NCBI GenBank assembly: GCA_964421595.1
Contig: CAYQXY010000004.1
Span: 9,598-73,597, forward strand
Source of the DNA: an uncultured Bacteroidales bacterium
Lineage (GTDB): Bacteria > Bacteroidota > Bacteroidia > Bacteroidales > PUMT01
Direction: 5' to 3'
DNA length: 64,000 nucleotides
The notes under the pieces were generated by a model. The model did no database searches and was not told the origin of the DNA. It was given only the letters and a program-made list of their open reading frames with translations. Positions 47,097 to 58,042 of the stretch are shown one piece after another. The position numbers were made by a program, and so were the translations under genes. How positions within the stretch are numbered: position 1 is the stretch's first letter; every line of letters starts with the position of its first letter.

Positions 47097-49691
47097 ATGA
47101 ACCTTAATAATTTTACGATAAAATCGCAGGATACCATTCAGCAGGCATTTTCCATTGCCTCCGGTTATCAGCATCAGGCTGTTGAAACCGGACATATAAT
47201 GAAGGCATTGCTTGGTGCCGATGAGCAGATAGTGGGATTTATACTGAAGAAACTTAATGTAAACCAGGGCAATTTTACAAGAGTCCTCGACAGCATTATT
47301 GAATCCTATCCTAAAGTATCAGGTGGCAACCAGTATATTTCATCCTCAGCATCCACAGCACTTCAGAAGGCTGTAGACCATTCAAAAAAAGCAGGTGATG
47401 ATTTTGTGTCCATTGAGCATTTGTTCTATGGGCTGTTTTCAGCCGGTGACATGGTGTCTGAGATGATGAAAGACATCGGAATAACTGCCGGCGATCTGGA
47501 AGCTGCTATCACAGAACTCAGGAAAGGATCAAAAGCCACCAGTCAGAGTGCCGAGGACAGCTTCAATGCCCTGAACCGTTTTGCAATAAACCTTAATGAA
47601 ATGGCACGGGCCGGGAAACTTGATCCGGTAATTGGAAGAGATGAGGAGATCAGGAGGTTACTTCAGATATTATCAAGAAGAACTAAAAACAACCCGATTC
47701 TGATTGGTGAACCCGGTGTCGGCAAAACAGCTATCGCCGAAGGGCTGGCCCAGAGGATAGTGAATGGCGATGTTCCGGAGAACCTTAAATCCAAACAGGT
47801 TTTCTCGCTTGACATGGGTGCACTGATTGCAGGGGCCAAATATAAGGGCGAATTTGAAGAACGGCTGAAGGCTGTTGTCAAGGAAGTAATTTCGGCCGAT
47901 GGTGAAATAGTTATGTTTATTGATGAAATACATACTCTGGTCGGAGCAGGTAAGAGTGAGGGTGCAATGGATGCTGCAAATATTCTAAAGCCCGCGCTGG
48001 CAAGAGGCGAACTCAGGGCAATTGGAGCAACCACCCTTAATGAGTACCAGAAATATTTTGAAAAAGATAAGGCCCTTGAACGGAGGTTTCAGGTTGTCAT
48101 GGTAGATGAGCCTGATGTCCTGAGCGCGATTTCCATATTAAGGGGACTGAAGGAGAGATATGAGACCCATCATAAAGTCCGCATTATGGACGATGCAATT
48201 ATTGCCGCGGTTGAATTATCCCACAGGTATATAACTGACAGGTTTCTGCCTGACAAGGCAATTGACCTGATAGACGAAGCGGCTTCCAGACTGCGTCTGG
48301 AAATGAATTCGGTTCCGGAAAATATTGATGAAATAGAAAGAAGGATAAAGCAACTGGAAATTGAAAGGGAGGCTATTAAAAGAGAAGGAAACAGGAAGAA
48401 GGAAAGTGAACTTTCTTCTGTGCTTGCAAATTTGACCGAAGAGAAAAATATACTGAGGGCCAGGTGGGAAAATGAACGGGGAGTAATAAGCAATATTCAA
48501 AAACATAAGGAGTCGATAGAAGAAATGAGACTGGAAGCTGCCCAGGCGGAGAGGCAGGGTGATTATGGCAGGGTTGCTGAAATCAGGTACGGCCGTATTA
48601 AGGAAACTGAAAGTGCAATTGAAAAATTAAAGGCCGGGCTTGTCGAGCTGCAGGGTGACAGTGCCATGATCAGGGAAGAGATAGATTCGGAGGATATTGC
48701 CGGGATTGTATCGAGGTGGACCGGCATCCCGATAAGCCGTATGCTTCAGAGTGAACGGGAAAAACTGCTGTCACTTGAGACTGAGCTGCACAGGAGAGTA
48801 GTGGGGCAGGATGAGGCTATCAGGGCCGTATCTGACGCAGTAAGAAGAAGCAGGGCTGGACTTCAGGATATGAAACGGCCTATAGGTTCATTTATTTTCC
48901 TGGGTACTACCGGGGTTGGTAAAACAGAGCTGGCAAGAGCACTGGCAGAATTTCTTTTTGATGATGAAAACCTCATGACAAGGCTGGATATGTCTGAATA
49001 CCAGGAGAGACATTCTGTATCGAGGCTTATAGGAGCACCTCCGGGTTATGTTGGATATGAAGAAGGAGGGCAACTCACTGAGGCAGTCCGCCGCAAACCA
49101 TATTCCGTCATTTTACTTGACGAGATCGAGAAGGCTCATTCTGATGTATTTAATATACTTCTTCAGGTTCTTGATGATGGCCGCCTGACCGATAACAAGG
49201 GAAGGGTGGTAAATTTCCGGAACACAATAATCATTCTGACCTCGAATATTGGCTCTCATATCATTCAGGAAAATTTCGGGAACCTGGATGGCTCAAATGG
49301 TGATATGATTTTTGAAAAGTCACGGATGCAGGTCTTTGAACTTTTAAAACAAACCATCAGGCCTGAATTTCTCAACCGTATTGATGACATTATAATGTTT
49401 AAACCTTTGACCTCAGATGAGGTCAGGCAAATTGTGAAACTTCAGTTTGAACAGGTAAGTAAAATGCTTAAATCAAATCAGGTCAATATTGAGATCAATG
49501 ACCGGGCAATTGATCTGCTTTCCCGGCTGGGTTTTGATCCACAGTATGGGGCCAGGCCGGTAAAAAGAATCATTCAGAAATATATTCTTAATGAACTGTC
49601 AGTAAGGATACTGTCTGAGCAGGTTGACAAGAATAAATTACTGAACATAGATGCCGACGGTGATAACCTGATTTTCACGAGTAACTCTTAA
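47097..49691 (+). CDS. clpB: ATP-dependent chaperone ClpB
   Basis: 864 aa. Clp_N repeats, two AAA modules ([16 protein letters not shown]) and the coiled-coil middle domain. Confidence 0.97.
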   Translation: MNLNNFTIKSQDTIQQAFSIASGYQHQAVETGHIMKALLGADEQIVGFILKKLNVNQGNFTRVLDSIIESYPKVSGGNQYISSSASTALQKAVDHSKKAGDDFVSIEHLFYGLFSAGDMVSEMMKDIGITAGDLEAAITELRKGSKATSQSAEDSFNALNRFAINLNEMARAGKLDPVIGRDEEIRRLLQILSRRTKNNPILIGEPGVGKTAIAEGLAQRIVNGDVPENLKSKQVFSLDMGALIAGAKYKGEFEERLKAVVKEVISADGEIVMFIDEIHTLVGAGKSEGAMDAANILKPALARGELRAIGATTLNEYQKYFEKDKALERRFQVVMVDEPDVLSAISILRGLKERYETHHKVRIMDDAIIAAVELSHRYITDRFLPDKAIDLIDEAASRLRLEMNSVPENIDEIERRIKQLEIEREAIKREGNRKKESELSSVLANLTEEKNILRARWENERGVISNIQKHKESIEEMRLEAAQAERQGDYGRVAEIRYGRIKETESAIEKLKAGLVELQGDSAMIREEIDSEDIAGIVSRWTGIPISRMLQSEREKLLSLETELHRRVVGQDEAIRAVSDAVRRSRAGLQDMKRPIGSFIFLGTTGVGKTELARALAEFLFDDENLMTRLDMSEYQERHSVSRLIGAPPGYVGYEEGGQLTEAVRRKPYSVILLDEIEKAHSDVFNILLQVLDDGRLTDNKGRVVNFRNTIIILTSNIGSHIIQENFGNLDGSNGDMIFEKSRMQVFELLKQTIRPEFLNRIDDIIMFKPLTSDEVRQIVKLQFEQVSKMLKSNQVNIEINDRAIDLLSRLGFDPQYGARPVKRIIQKYILNELSVRILSEQVDKNKLLNIDADGDNLIFTSNS

Positions 49692-50013
49692 GACACTCTT
49701 CCCTGTTTTCATATATTTCGAAAATAGTGTGAAGCTGAAGCAGTCTGAACAGTGCCATTACATCGGGCGATAGGTTGCAGATTCTGAATTTGCCTTCATT
49801 TTTTCGGGCCTTCTTAAGGATCGAAAGAAGGGCTCCAAAACCTGAACTGTCAATAAAACCTATATTTTCAAGGTCAAGGATTAACCTTGTACCGGCAGTA
49901 TCGAAAAACCTTCCTACCCCGGCTTTTACTGATTCGGAATTAACTGCATTAAGTTTACTTTTCTGATCAAATGAGCAGATGATAATTTCTCCTGAAGTTT
50001 CTGTCTTGAGCAT
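49675..50013 (-). CDS. STAS-domain anti-sigma-factor antagonist-like protein
   Basis: MLKTETSGEIIICSF...LENIGFIDSSGFGALL contains the conserved phosphorylatable DSSG. The track ORF extends to 50040, overlapping the Hpt gene. The 3' end overlaps the clpB 3' end by 17 nt (convergent). Confidence 0.8.
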   Translation of the reverse strand: MLKTETSGEIIICSFDQKSKLNAVNSESVKAGVGRFFDTAGTRLILDLENIGFIDSSGFGALLSILKKARKNEGKFRICNLSPDVMALFRLLQLHTIFEIYENREECLKSYS

Positions 50014-50023
50014 GACAATTGAT

Positions 50024-50374
50024 TTAGAGTGTTTTGGCAAGTAATTTTAATTCTTCCATACCGGCATAAAACTTTCTTTCAATACTGATAATACTGGAAG
50101 TGTATATTTCGGAATCTTTCTTAACTAAAGTGAGTTTTTCGAGCTGTTTGAGCTCAGTTGCCAGCTCCGACATTCCCATTATCGATGCAGATGCTTTAGC
50201 TTTGTGTGCCAGTTTTCCGAGTTCTTCCCATCTTCCCTGGCCGGCCAGTTCATGCATTCGCTCTATATATCCTGGTACCTCAGTGTTGAAAATAGCTATC
50301 ATCTCCATTATAAGGACATGGTCGCCTGCTGCAATTTCATTCAAATAGTCAAGATTGATAATTTTAAGTTCCAT
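50024..50374 (-). CDS. Hpt (histidine phosphotransfer) domain protein
   Basis: 116 aa, four-helix character. Phospho-His motif LAHKAKASASIMG. Confidence 0.8.
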   Translation of the reverse strand: MELKIINLDYLNEIAAGDHVLIMEMIAIFNTEVPGYIERMHELAGQGRWEELGKLAHKAKASASIMGMSELATELKQLEKLTLVKKDSEIYTSSIISIERKFYAGMEELKLLAKTL

Positions 50375-50557
50375 AGTTATAAGCCTTTTTGAAAAGGTGA
50401 CATATTAATCTGAAGTTAGTATTGATAAAAGTAATGTATTTTTAACTATTTATTGTTGGTTTTGATTTGCTATTTATGATTATGGAGTTGCATAAGTATC
50501 GGAGTAAAACATTACTTTTGCTTACCTGAAATTGCGAATTTAAAAACCGGTTAAATA

Positions 50558-51661
50558 ATGAAGAATACAGCTTTTACCTTTTTACATGCCCGGCTCGGTG
50601 CAAAAATGCATCCGTTTGCCGGTTATAATATGCCCGTGGAATACAGTGGTATAAATGATGAACATATTACCGTCAGGGAAAAAGCAGGAGTATTTGATGT
50701 GTCACACATGGGTGAGTTCTGGGTAAAGGGACCTGATGCTGCCGGTTATCTTCAGTATTTAACGAGTAATGATATAGACAGGCTTGAAGACGGAATGATA
50801 CAGTACACCTGTTTTCCTAATGGAAAGGGAGGTATAGTCGATGATCTGCTGGTATATCGGATCGATCGTGAGACTTATTTGCTTGTTGTCAATGCTGCAA
50901 ATATTGAAAAGGACTGGGACTGGTGTGCTCATCATGCACGGGAGAGGGGACTTGAACCAGGCAGGGAACTTTATAATGCCTCTGATGAGATTGCACAGCT
51001 TGCAGTTCAGGGCCCGATGGCTTTAAAAATAATGCAAAAGATCACTGATGAGCCTGTAGAGGATATGAAATTCTATACTTTTAAAAAGCTTAACATTGCA
51101 GGGATAGAAAACGCAATTTTTTCAACTACCGGATATACAGGAGCGGGTGGGTGTGAAATATACGTTGCCAATGAAGACGGGCCTGCGCTATGGGATGCAG
51201 TTTTCGAGGCAGGCAGGGAATTCGGGATTAAGCCTGTCGGACTTGGTGCGCGTGATACCTTGCGACTGGAGATGGGCTATTGCCTGTATGGTAATGATAT
51301 AGACGATACAACCTCGCCAATAGAAGCGGGCCTTGGCTGGATCACAAAGTTCACCGATAACAATAATTTCATTGACAAGGATTTTTTACTCAATCAGAAG
51401 TCCGCCGGTCCTGAAAGAAAACTCGTCGGATTTGTCCTCAATGAAAAGGGAATACCCCGCAAAGATTACGAAATTGCTGCCGGAGATGGTGAAATAATTG
51501 GCCGTGTAACTTCAGGTACCATGTCGCCGATGATGAAAACCGGTATCGGCATGGGTTATGTTAAATCTGCATATGCAAAGGAAGGAACCGGAATCAATAT
51601 CCTGATAAGGAATAAAAGCATTAGCGCAAGGGTTGTTAAGCTTCCCATATATAAAAAATAG
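50558..51661 (+). CDS. gcvT: Glycine cleavage system aminomethyltransferase (T protein)
   Basis: [49 protein letters not shown]. Confidence 0.95.
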   Translation: MKNTAFTFLHARLGAKMHPFAGYNMPVEYSGINDEHITVREKAGVFDVSHMGEFWVKGPDAAGYLQYLTSNDIDRLEDGMIQYTCFPNGKGGIVDDLLVYRIDRETYLLVVNAANIEKDWDWCAHHARERGLEPGRELYNASDEIAQLAVQGPMALKIMQKITDEPVEDMKFYTFKKLNIAGIENAIFSTTGYTGAGGCEIYVANEDGPALWDAVFEAGREFGIKPVGLGARDTLRLEMGYCLYGNDIDDTTSPIEAGLGWITKFTDNNNFIDKDFLLNQKSAGPERKLVGFVLNEKGIPRKDYEIAAGDGEIIGRVTSGTMSPMMKTGIGMGYVKSAYAKEGTGINILIRNKSISARVVKLPIYKK

Positions 51662-51721
51662 TCACTGATATTTCTGCCGGTAACCTGGTTAATCATATTT
51701 GTTTAAGTTCTTTTGTGCATT

Positions 51722-52456
51722 ATGGAGAAATCAATAAATAAAATTGAAGTATGTTATTCGCCTGCACTCTATCCCTATTATAAAAATAACAATGCCATTG
51801 TTGTTGTAGCAGACATTCTCAGAGCAACTACTGCTATTTGTGCTGCATTTGAGAATGGTGTGAAAAACCTGATTCCGGTTGCAGACCTGGATGAAGCAAG
51901 AGCATTGAAGAAGCAGGGTTACCTGGTAGCTGCTGAAAGAGACGGACTGGTTCTTGATTTTGCAGATTTCGGAAACTCCCCTTTTAACTTTGATCCGGCC
52001 AGAGTCAAAGGTGAAACAATAGTATACAGCACCACCAATGGCACCCAGGCAATCAGAATGGCCTCCGGGGCAAGACATGTTGCCGTAGGCGCCTTTACCA
52101 ACCTGTCTGCCCTGGCAGGGTGGCTTATTGACCAGGAAGCTGATGTACTGGTTCTTTGTGCAGGCTGGAAAAACAAGTTTAATCTGGAAGACAGTGTTTA
52201 TGCCGGTGCACTTGCCACGCTTCTTACCGGATCAGGCCGGTTTTCTTCCGATTGCGACTCTACTGTGGCGGCAAGTGAACTATGGGAACTTGCCCATACC
52301 GACCTTGTGGGGTTTATGGAAAAAGCCTCACACAGGCACAGACTGCAAAGATTAGGCCTGGATGATGTCATGAAGTATTGCCATACTCCTGACAGTACAA
52401 AGGTAATACCACTTCTGAGAGGCGATATGCTTGTTGAGCTTAAGGATTATTGTTGA
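51722..52456 (+). CDS. 2-phosphosulfolactate phosphatase (ComB) family protein
   Basis: VVVADILRATTAI, NGTQAI and AGWKNKFNLEDSVYAGAL fit the ComB family. I prefer the ATG at 51722 over the track TTG at 51713. Confidence 0.7.
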   Translation: MEKSINKIEVCYSPALYPYYKNNNAIVVVADILRATTAICAAFENGVKNLIPVADLDEARALKKQGYLVAAERDGLVLDFADFGNSPFNFDPARVKGETIVYSTTNGTQAIRMASGARHVAVGAFTNLSALAGWLIDQEADVLVLCAGWKNKFNLEDSVYAGALATLLTGSGRFSSDCDSTVAASELWELAHTDLVGFMEKASHRHRLQRLGLDDVMKYCHTPDSTKVIPLLRGDMLVELKDYC

Positions 52457-52575
52457 TAAGTTATTGGTAAATACCAGGAAGATCACCTATAAAACTTACA
52501 TTAAAACAGCCTTTTTTAAAGAAATTATTTGCAATTTGCAGAAAAATCCAATCTAATTATTAAAATACCCGTTAC

Positions 52576-53649
52576 ATGAAGAAACATAATTTTAGCGCAG
52601 GTCCTTCAATTCTGCCCCGGACAGTAATTGATAACACAGCAAAAGCCGTTCTTGACCTTAATGGCATTGGTTTATCAGTCATGGAACTTTCTCACAGGGG
52701 CAAGGATTTTCAGGCAGTTATGGATGAGGCTGTTGCCCTGTTCAAAGAAGTTCTTAATATTCCCGAAGGATATGAGGTGATATTCCTTGGAGGTGGAGCC
52801 AGCATGCAGTTTTGTATGGTGCCTTACAATTTGATGAAAAGTAAGGCAGCATATCTTGAGACCGGCACCTGGGCTAAAAAAGCTATCAAAGAGGGAAAGT
52901 TTTTCGGACAGGTTGATGTAGTGGCTTCATCGGCAGATAAGAATTTCAGCTATTATCCGAAATCCTATGATATCCCTGCTGATGCTGATTATTTTCATAT
53001 TACCACCAATAATACAATTTTTGGAACTCAGATACATGAAGATATTGAAAGTCCTGTCCCTCTTGTTGCTGACATGTCTTCCGATATATTCAGCCGTCCG
53101 GTTGATGTTTCAAAATACGGACTGATTTACGGAGGAGCCCAGAAAAACCTTGGGCCTGCAGGCGTTGCTTTTGTAGTTGTAAAGCAGGACCTGTTAGGGA
53201 AAGTTGAACGTCCTATCCCTTCCATGCTTGATTACCGGTTACATATAGAGAATGGTTCAATGTATAATACACCTCCTGCCCTGCCAATATTTACCGTCAG
53301 GGAGACTTTGCGCTGGCTCAGGGATCTCGGAGGAGTTAAAAAGATGCAGGAAATTAATGAGTATAAGGCGGGAATGTTGTATGATGTAATTGACAGCAGT
53401 GCAATATTCTCAGGCACTGCCGAAAAAGAATCCCGGTCATTAATGAATGTTTGTTTTGTAATGAAAGATGAATATAAGGAGCTTGAAACCGAATTCCTCG
53501 AGTTTGCACAGTCCAGGGGAATGGTTGGTATAAAGGGACACCGTTCTGTTGGTGGATTCAGGGCTTCCATATATAATGCATTGCCGGTTGAGAGCGTAGA
53601 GGCACTTATTCAGGTAATGAAAGAGTTTGAAAATAAAAAAAGGAGTTAA
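52576..53649 (+). CDS. serC: 3-phosphoserine aminotransferase
   Basis: [31 protein letters not shown] (PLP lysine), [15 protein letters not shown]. Confidence 0.95.
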   Translation: MKKHNFSAGPSILPRTVIDNTAKAVLDLNGIGLSVMELSHRGKDFQAVMDEAVALFKEVLNIPEGYEVIFLGGGASMQFCMVPYNLMKSKAAYLETGTWAKKAIKEGKFFGQVDVVASSADKNFSYYPKSYDIPADADYFHITTNNTIFGTQIHEDIESPVPLVADMSSDIFSRPVDVSKYGLIYGGAQKNLGPAGVAFVVVKQDLLGKVERPIPSMLDYRLHIENGSMYNTPPALPIFTVRETLRWLRDLGGVKKMQEINEYKAGMLYDVIDSSAIFSGTAEKESRSLMNVCFVMKDEYKELETEFLEFAQSRGMVGIKGHRSVGGFRASIYNALPVESVEALIQVMKEFENKKRS

Positions 53650-53666
53650 TTAAAATATATCACATC

Positions 53667-54590
53667 ATGAGAAAAGTATTGGTAGCAACAGACAAGCCAT
53701 TCGCGAAACCTGCTGTAGAGGGTATTGCCCGGGTCTTTGAGGAATCAGGGTATGAGCTTGTCATGCTGGAGAACTATAAGGATAAGCAGGACCTGCTTGA
53801 TGCAGTTAAGGACGTTGATGCTGTAATTGTCAGGAGTGATCTTATAACCAGGGAAGTCATTGAAGCAGCAGGCAATCTAAAGATAGTAGTGAGAGCAGGA
53901 GCCGGTTATGACAATATTGACCTTGAGGCTGCATCCGGTAAAGGCGTCGTTGTAATGAACACACCTGGCCAGAATTCAAATGCGGTAGCAGAACTCGCGC
54001 TCGGAATGATGGTTTATATGGCCCGGAACCAGTATAACGGTACTTCAGGAAGGGAGTTAAGGGGTAAGAAACTCGGAGTATTCGCATGCGGCAATGTGGG
54101 CAAGGATGTCGCCAGGATTGCTCTGGGATTTGGCATGGATGTTTACGGGTATGATCCTTTTGTTGAAAGGAAAGTTATGGAGTATTCTGGAATGAAATGC
54201 GTGGCCTCAGCGGCAGAATTTTATGAATCTTGTGAATACATTTCTATAAATGCCCCGGCAAATTCCCAGACTATAAGATCAGTTAATTTCGAACTTCTTG
54301 AGAAGATGCCTAAACCGGCAACCCTCATAAATACAGCCCGCAAGGAAATAATTGATGAAGAGTCGCTGTTGAAAATGTTTGCCACCAGACCGGATTTTGT
54401 ATATATTTCAGATGTAGCTCCCGATTGCAGCTCTGAAATAGCAGAAAAATACCCGGGCCGGTACTTTTTTACTCCCAAAAAGATGGGAGCCCAGACTGCT
54501 GAGGCAAATATTAATGCCGGAATAGCTGCGGCAAAGCAGATAGTTGGTTTCCTGGAAAATAATGATAAGACCTTCCAGGTTAATCTTTAA
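53667..54590 (+). CDS. serA: D-3-phosphoglycerate dehydrogenase (short form, D-2-hydroxyacid dehydrogenase family)
   Basis: RAGAGYDNIDLEAA, NTPGQNSNAVAEL, GVFACGNVG. Lies 17 nt downstream of serC. Confidence 0.85.
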   Translation: MRKVLVATDKPFAKPAVEGIARVFEESGYELVMLENYKDKQDLLDAVKDVDAVIVRSDLITREVIEAAGNLKIVVRAGAGYDNIDLEAASGKGVVVMNTPGQNSNAVAELALGMMVYMARNQYNGTSGRELRGKKLGVFACGNVGKDVARIALGFGMDVYGYDPFVERKVMEYSGMKCVASAAEFYESCEYISINAPANSQTIRSVNFELLEKMPKPATLINTARKEIIDEESLLKMFATRPDFVYISDVAPDCSSEIAEKYPGRYFFTPKKMGAQTAEANINAGIAAAKQIVGFLENNDKTFQVNL

Positions 54591-54602
54591 CAAATAATCA
54601 TT

Positions 54603-54640
54603 AACAGACAAGACATCTGAAAATCCTGTCTGTTTTTTTT
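54603..54640 (+). terminator. Rho-independent terminator after serA
   Basis: AACAGACA-(16-nt loop)-TGTCTGTT running into a T8 tract. Confidence 0.6.
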
Positions 54641-54671
54641 AGTTCTGATTTTTCAAATAATCGATTATAAT

Positions 54672-55919
54672 ATGGCAATACTTAAACCATTTAAAGGTTT
54701 ACGCCCCCCCGTTGAAATTGCAAAAGAGCTTGCATCCAGACCCTATGATGTTCTCAATTCTGATGAAGCACGAGAAGAAGCAAAGAATAATCCTTATTCC
54801 CTGTTGCACATAATTAAACCTGAAATAGACTGTCCTCCCGGAACCGATGAGCATGACAGGCTGGTCTATGAGACAGCAAAATCAAATTTCGATAAATTCA
54901 GTTCAGAAGGCTGGCTTGTTCAGGATGAAGATGAATCTCTGTATATATATGCTCAGACGATGGATGGGAAGAGGCAGTACGGACTTGTTGGGTGTGCCGG
55001 GGTAGAGGATTATATGAATGATATAATTAAAAAACACGAATTAACCAGGAAAGATAAGGAAGCAGACAGAAAGGAACATGTAAGGGTAACAAATGCAAAC
55101 ATGGAACCTGTATTTTTCACTTACAGGGCCGTGCCGGAAATAGATGCAATAATTGCGGCATTTACAGAAACAAATAATCCTGTATATGATTTTACTGCTA
55201 CTGACGGCGTAGGCCATCATTTCTGGGTTATAAGAGACAGGAAACTGATAGATGAGATCGTAAATCTTTTTGAGAAGGTGCCTTTTACATATGTGGCTGA
55301 CGGACATCACCGTACTGCTGCCGCTGCCATTGTAGGGAATGAGAAGAAAGCCGCTAATCCTGATCATACCGGGAATGAAGAGTACAATTTTTTCCTTGCG
55401 GTTCACTTCCCTGATGATCAGCTCAATATTATTGACTACAACCGGGTGGTCAAAGATCTTAACGGACTTGATGAAGCAGGTCTGCTCAGGAGACTTGGAG
55501 ATACCTTTATTATAGAGGAAAAAGGGAAACAGATTTACAAGCCTTCTGCTATTCATAACTTCTCCCTGTATCTGGGCGGTAACTGGTATTCTCTCACAGC
55601 ACGGCCGGGAACTTATAACGATAATGATCCTATCGGATGTCTGGATGTTACTATACTTTCAGAACTGGTGCTTGATAAAATTCTCGGGATAAAAGACCTG
55701 AGGACTGACAAGAGGGTGGATTTTGTAGGTGGAATAAGGGGACTTGGTGAACTTGTAAGAAGAGTTGATTCCGGAGAGATGAAAGCAGCCTTCTCGCTTT
55801 ATCCGGTCAGCATGAAACAGCTTATGGATATTGCCGATACCGGAAACATAATGCCCCCCAAAACCACATGGTTCGAACCCAAGCTAAGAAGCGGCCTTGT
55901 AGTTCATAAGCTTGATTAG
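54672..55919 (+). CDS. DUF1015 domain-containing protein
   Basis: MAILKPFKGLRP...ASRPYDVL...ADGHHR are hallmarks of the DUF1015 family. 415 aa. Confidence 0.8.
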   Translation: MAILKPFKGLRPPVEIAKELASRPYDVLNSDEAREEAKNNPYSLLHIIKPEIDCPPGTDEHDRLVYETAKSNFDKFSSEGWLVQDEDESLYIYAQTMDGKRQYGLVGCAGVEDYMNDIIKKHELTRKDKEADRKEHVRVTNANMEPVFFTYRAVPEIDAIIAAFTETNNPVYDFTATDGVGHHFWVIRDRKLIDEIVNLFEKVPFTYVADGHHRTAAAAIVGNEKKAANPDHTGNEEYNFFLAVHFPDDQLNIIDYNRVVKDLNGLDEAGLLRRLGDTFIIEEKGKQIYKPSAIHNFSLYLGGNWYSLTARPGTYNDNDPIGCLDVTILSELVLDKILGIKDLRTDKRVDFVGGIRGLGELVRRVDSGEMKAAFSLYPVSMKQLMDIADTGNIMPPKTTWFEPKLRSGLVVHKLD

Positions 55920-55990
55920 GGAAATTGTATTACAGATGCAATCGAAGGGATATGATCAGGTAGTTGCCTGAAGCAATAGTGGAGTGATAA

Positions 55991-56662
55991 ATGGATATTA
56001 AACGAAATATAGAGGAAATTATAAATAGCATTCCTGCTAATGTCAAACTTGTTGTAATCTCAAAAACAAGAAGTGCCAGTGAAATAATGGAGGTGTATAA
56101 CACGGGTCACCGGCTGATGGGTGAGAATAAGGTTCAGGAACTAGCCGGTAAATACGGGCAGCTGCCCGATGATATTCAATGGCACATGGTGGGACATCTT
56201 CAGACCAACAAGGTTAAATACATAGCCCCTTTTGTTTCAATGATCCATTCGGTAGATTCCGTTAAACTTCTTAAAACCATAAATAAGGAAGCTCAGAAAA
56301 ACAACAGGATTATTGATTGCCTGCTTCAGGTACATATAGCCATGGAAGAGAGCAAGTTCGGGTTTTCCGAAAACGAGATTGCCGGTTTGACCGGGGTAGT
56401 CGATCAGGAAGATTTCAAGGGTGTGCGCATACGCGGACTTATGGGGATGGCAACATATACAAATGACCTGAATCAGGTCAGAACTGAATTTCGCACACTT
56501 GCCGGTCTGTTTGAAAAGGCAAAGGAAACGGTATTCAATAATTCTGAAAGTTTTAATGAGCTCTCAATGGGAATGTCGGGCGATTACATGATCGCGGTGG
56601 AGGAGGGTAGTACTATAGTGAGAATTGGCAGCCTGATATTTGGTGAAAGGTCTAATGATTAA
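55991..56662 (+). CDS. yggS: YggS-family pyridoxal-phosphate homeostasis protein
   Basis: VVISKTRSASEIMEVYNTGHRLMGENKVQE, WHMVGHLQTNK, LSMGMSGDY. Confidence 0.9.
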   Translation: MDIKRNIEEIINSIPANVKLVVISKTRSASEIMEVYNTGHRLMGENKVQELAGKYGQLPDDIQWHMVGHLQTNKVKYIAPFVSMIHSVDSVKLLKTINKEAQKNNRIIDCLLQVHIAMEESKFGFSENEIAGLTGVVDQEDFKGVRIRGLMGMATYTNDLNQVRTEFRTLAGLFEKAKETVFNNSESFNELSMGMSGDYMIAVEEGSTIVRIGSLIFGERSND

Positions 56663-56726
56663 AGAGAATATAGTGGTGACATTTATTAGATGCAACAAAA
56701 ATTTATATTAAATAAAATAGAATGCC

Positions 56727-57704
56727 ATGCCTGATATTGCAGTGAATTATCTCGGAATGAAATTGAAAAGCCCGGTCATTGTCAGCAGTTGCGGCCTTAC
56801 CAGTACGTCTGAAAAGGTAAGGTTACTTGAGGATGCTGGTGCCGGTGCTGTTGTGCTGAAATCTCTTTTCGAAGAGCAGATAAATTACGAAGCGGGGAGT
56901 CTTATCATGAATCATGACTATCCTGAGGCGGAAGATTACATTAAAAACTATACAAAGGGCCACTCAGTTGAAAATTACCTGAATCTTATCTCAGAAAGCA
57001 AGAAGGCAGTTTCAATTCCTGTCATCGCAAGTATCAACTGTGTTTCGGTTAGTGACTGGACCGGGTTCTCCAAAAGGATAGAGGAAGCTGGTGCCGATGC
57101 CCTGGAGCTTAATGTGTATTTTCTTCCTACAGATAAGTTTGCCTCTCCAGCCAGATTCGAAGATATATACTATGATCTTGCCAGGAAAATAACCGGGCTT
57201 GTAAATATACCTGTCTCAGTTAAGCTCGGAAATCATTTTACAAACGTGGCTGGTGTGGTTGACCGGCTTTATTCACTGGGAATAAAGGGTGTGGTTTTAT
57301 TTAACCGCTTTTATGAGCCTGATATCGATATAGAGCGAATGAAACTAACCACTGCCGATGTTTTTAGCACAGCCTCTGATCTGCGCCATTCCCTCAGGTG
57401 GGTAGCAATGGTTTCAGATAAAGTATCGCAGATTGATATTTCTGCATCAACGGGTATTCACTCTTACGAGGCTGTCGTAAAGCAGTTGCTGGCTGGGGCA
57501 AAATCCACCCAGGTATGCTCATTGCTGTACAGGAACGGTATAAATGAGATTGCCAGTCTCACAAATGGCCTGAGGGACTGGATGAAGAGAAAGGGCTACA
57601 GGACTATTGATGAATTCAGGGGGAAAATGAGCTATAAAAATATTCCTGATCCTTCAGTTTATGAGCGTTCACAATTTATGAAGTATTTTTCAAACATTCA
57701 TTAG
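56727..57704 (+). CDS. Dihydroorotate dehydrogenase-like (class 1 DHOD fold) protein
   Basis: LGMKLKSPVIVSSCG...GAGAVVLKSLFEEQ...ELNVY..., 325 aa. No adjacent electron-transfer subunit. Confidence 0.75.
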   Translation: MPDIAVNYLGMKLKSPVIVSSCGLTSTSEKVRLLEDAGAGAVVLKSLFEEQINYEAGSLIMNHDYPEAEDYIKNYTKGHSVENYLNLISESKKAVSIPVIASINCVSVSDWTGFSKRIEEAGADALELNVYFLPTDKFASPARFEDIYYDLARKITGLVNIPVSVKLGNHFTNVAGVVDRLYSLGIKGVVLFNRFYEPDIDIERMKLTTADVFSTASDLRHSLRWVAMVSDKVSQIDISASTGIHSYEAVVKQLLAGAKSTQVCSLLYRNGINEIASLTNGLRDWMKRKGYRTIDEFRGKMSYKNIPDPSVYERSQFMKYFSNIH

Positions 57705-57770
57705 GGAACAGGACATATCGGTTTAGGTGCCTGATCTTTTTTTGTGCAGGACCAGCCAGAATCAAAATAA

Positions 57771-57795
57771 AATGCCGGCTTCTAAGGCCGGCATT
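57771..57795. terminator. Bidirectional terminator-like hairpin
   Basis: AATGCCGGC-TTCTAAG-GCCGGCATT, flanked by AAAATAAAA upstream and TTT downstream. The stronger U-tract is on the minus strand (hflC side). Confidence 0.5.
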
Positions 57796-57890
57796 TAAAA
57801 TTGAATTGAAACTATTATTTACCGAAATTACAGACAAAATTCTGAATATTTGCTTTTCAGAGGAGAAATATTAATTATAGTCCGCCTATA

Positions 57891-57939
57891 AAGTAATTGT
57901 CTGGATCAGAATGTAAAGTAAGTGTCTGGATCAGAATGT
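57891..57939. repeat. Tandem direct repeat, 2 x 24 nt
   Basis: AAGTAATTGTCTGGATCAGAATGT (57891-57914) and AAGTAAGTGTCTGGATCAGAATGT (57916-57939), 23/24 identical. Confidence 0.85.
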
Positions 57940-58042
57940 TCGGATGCAAGGCTTGCGAAGTCAAAAAAAGCGGAGTTTACATGGGGTAAATGAGCATTTT
58001 TTTGACGAGTGTAACGCAGCAGACGGACATTATGGACAGACA

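Noticed and set aside
50375-50557. Expected a glycine riboswitch upstream of gcvT
   Set aside because: The 183-nt leader is AT-rich and lacks the conserved GGAGA...ACCGAAGGGGCAA-type cores, so no convincing aptamer is visible by eye.
55041-55556. 171-aa ORF antisense to the DUF1015 gene
   Set aside because: It is a shadow ORF inside a conserved-family CDS, with implausible composition.
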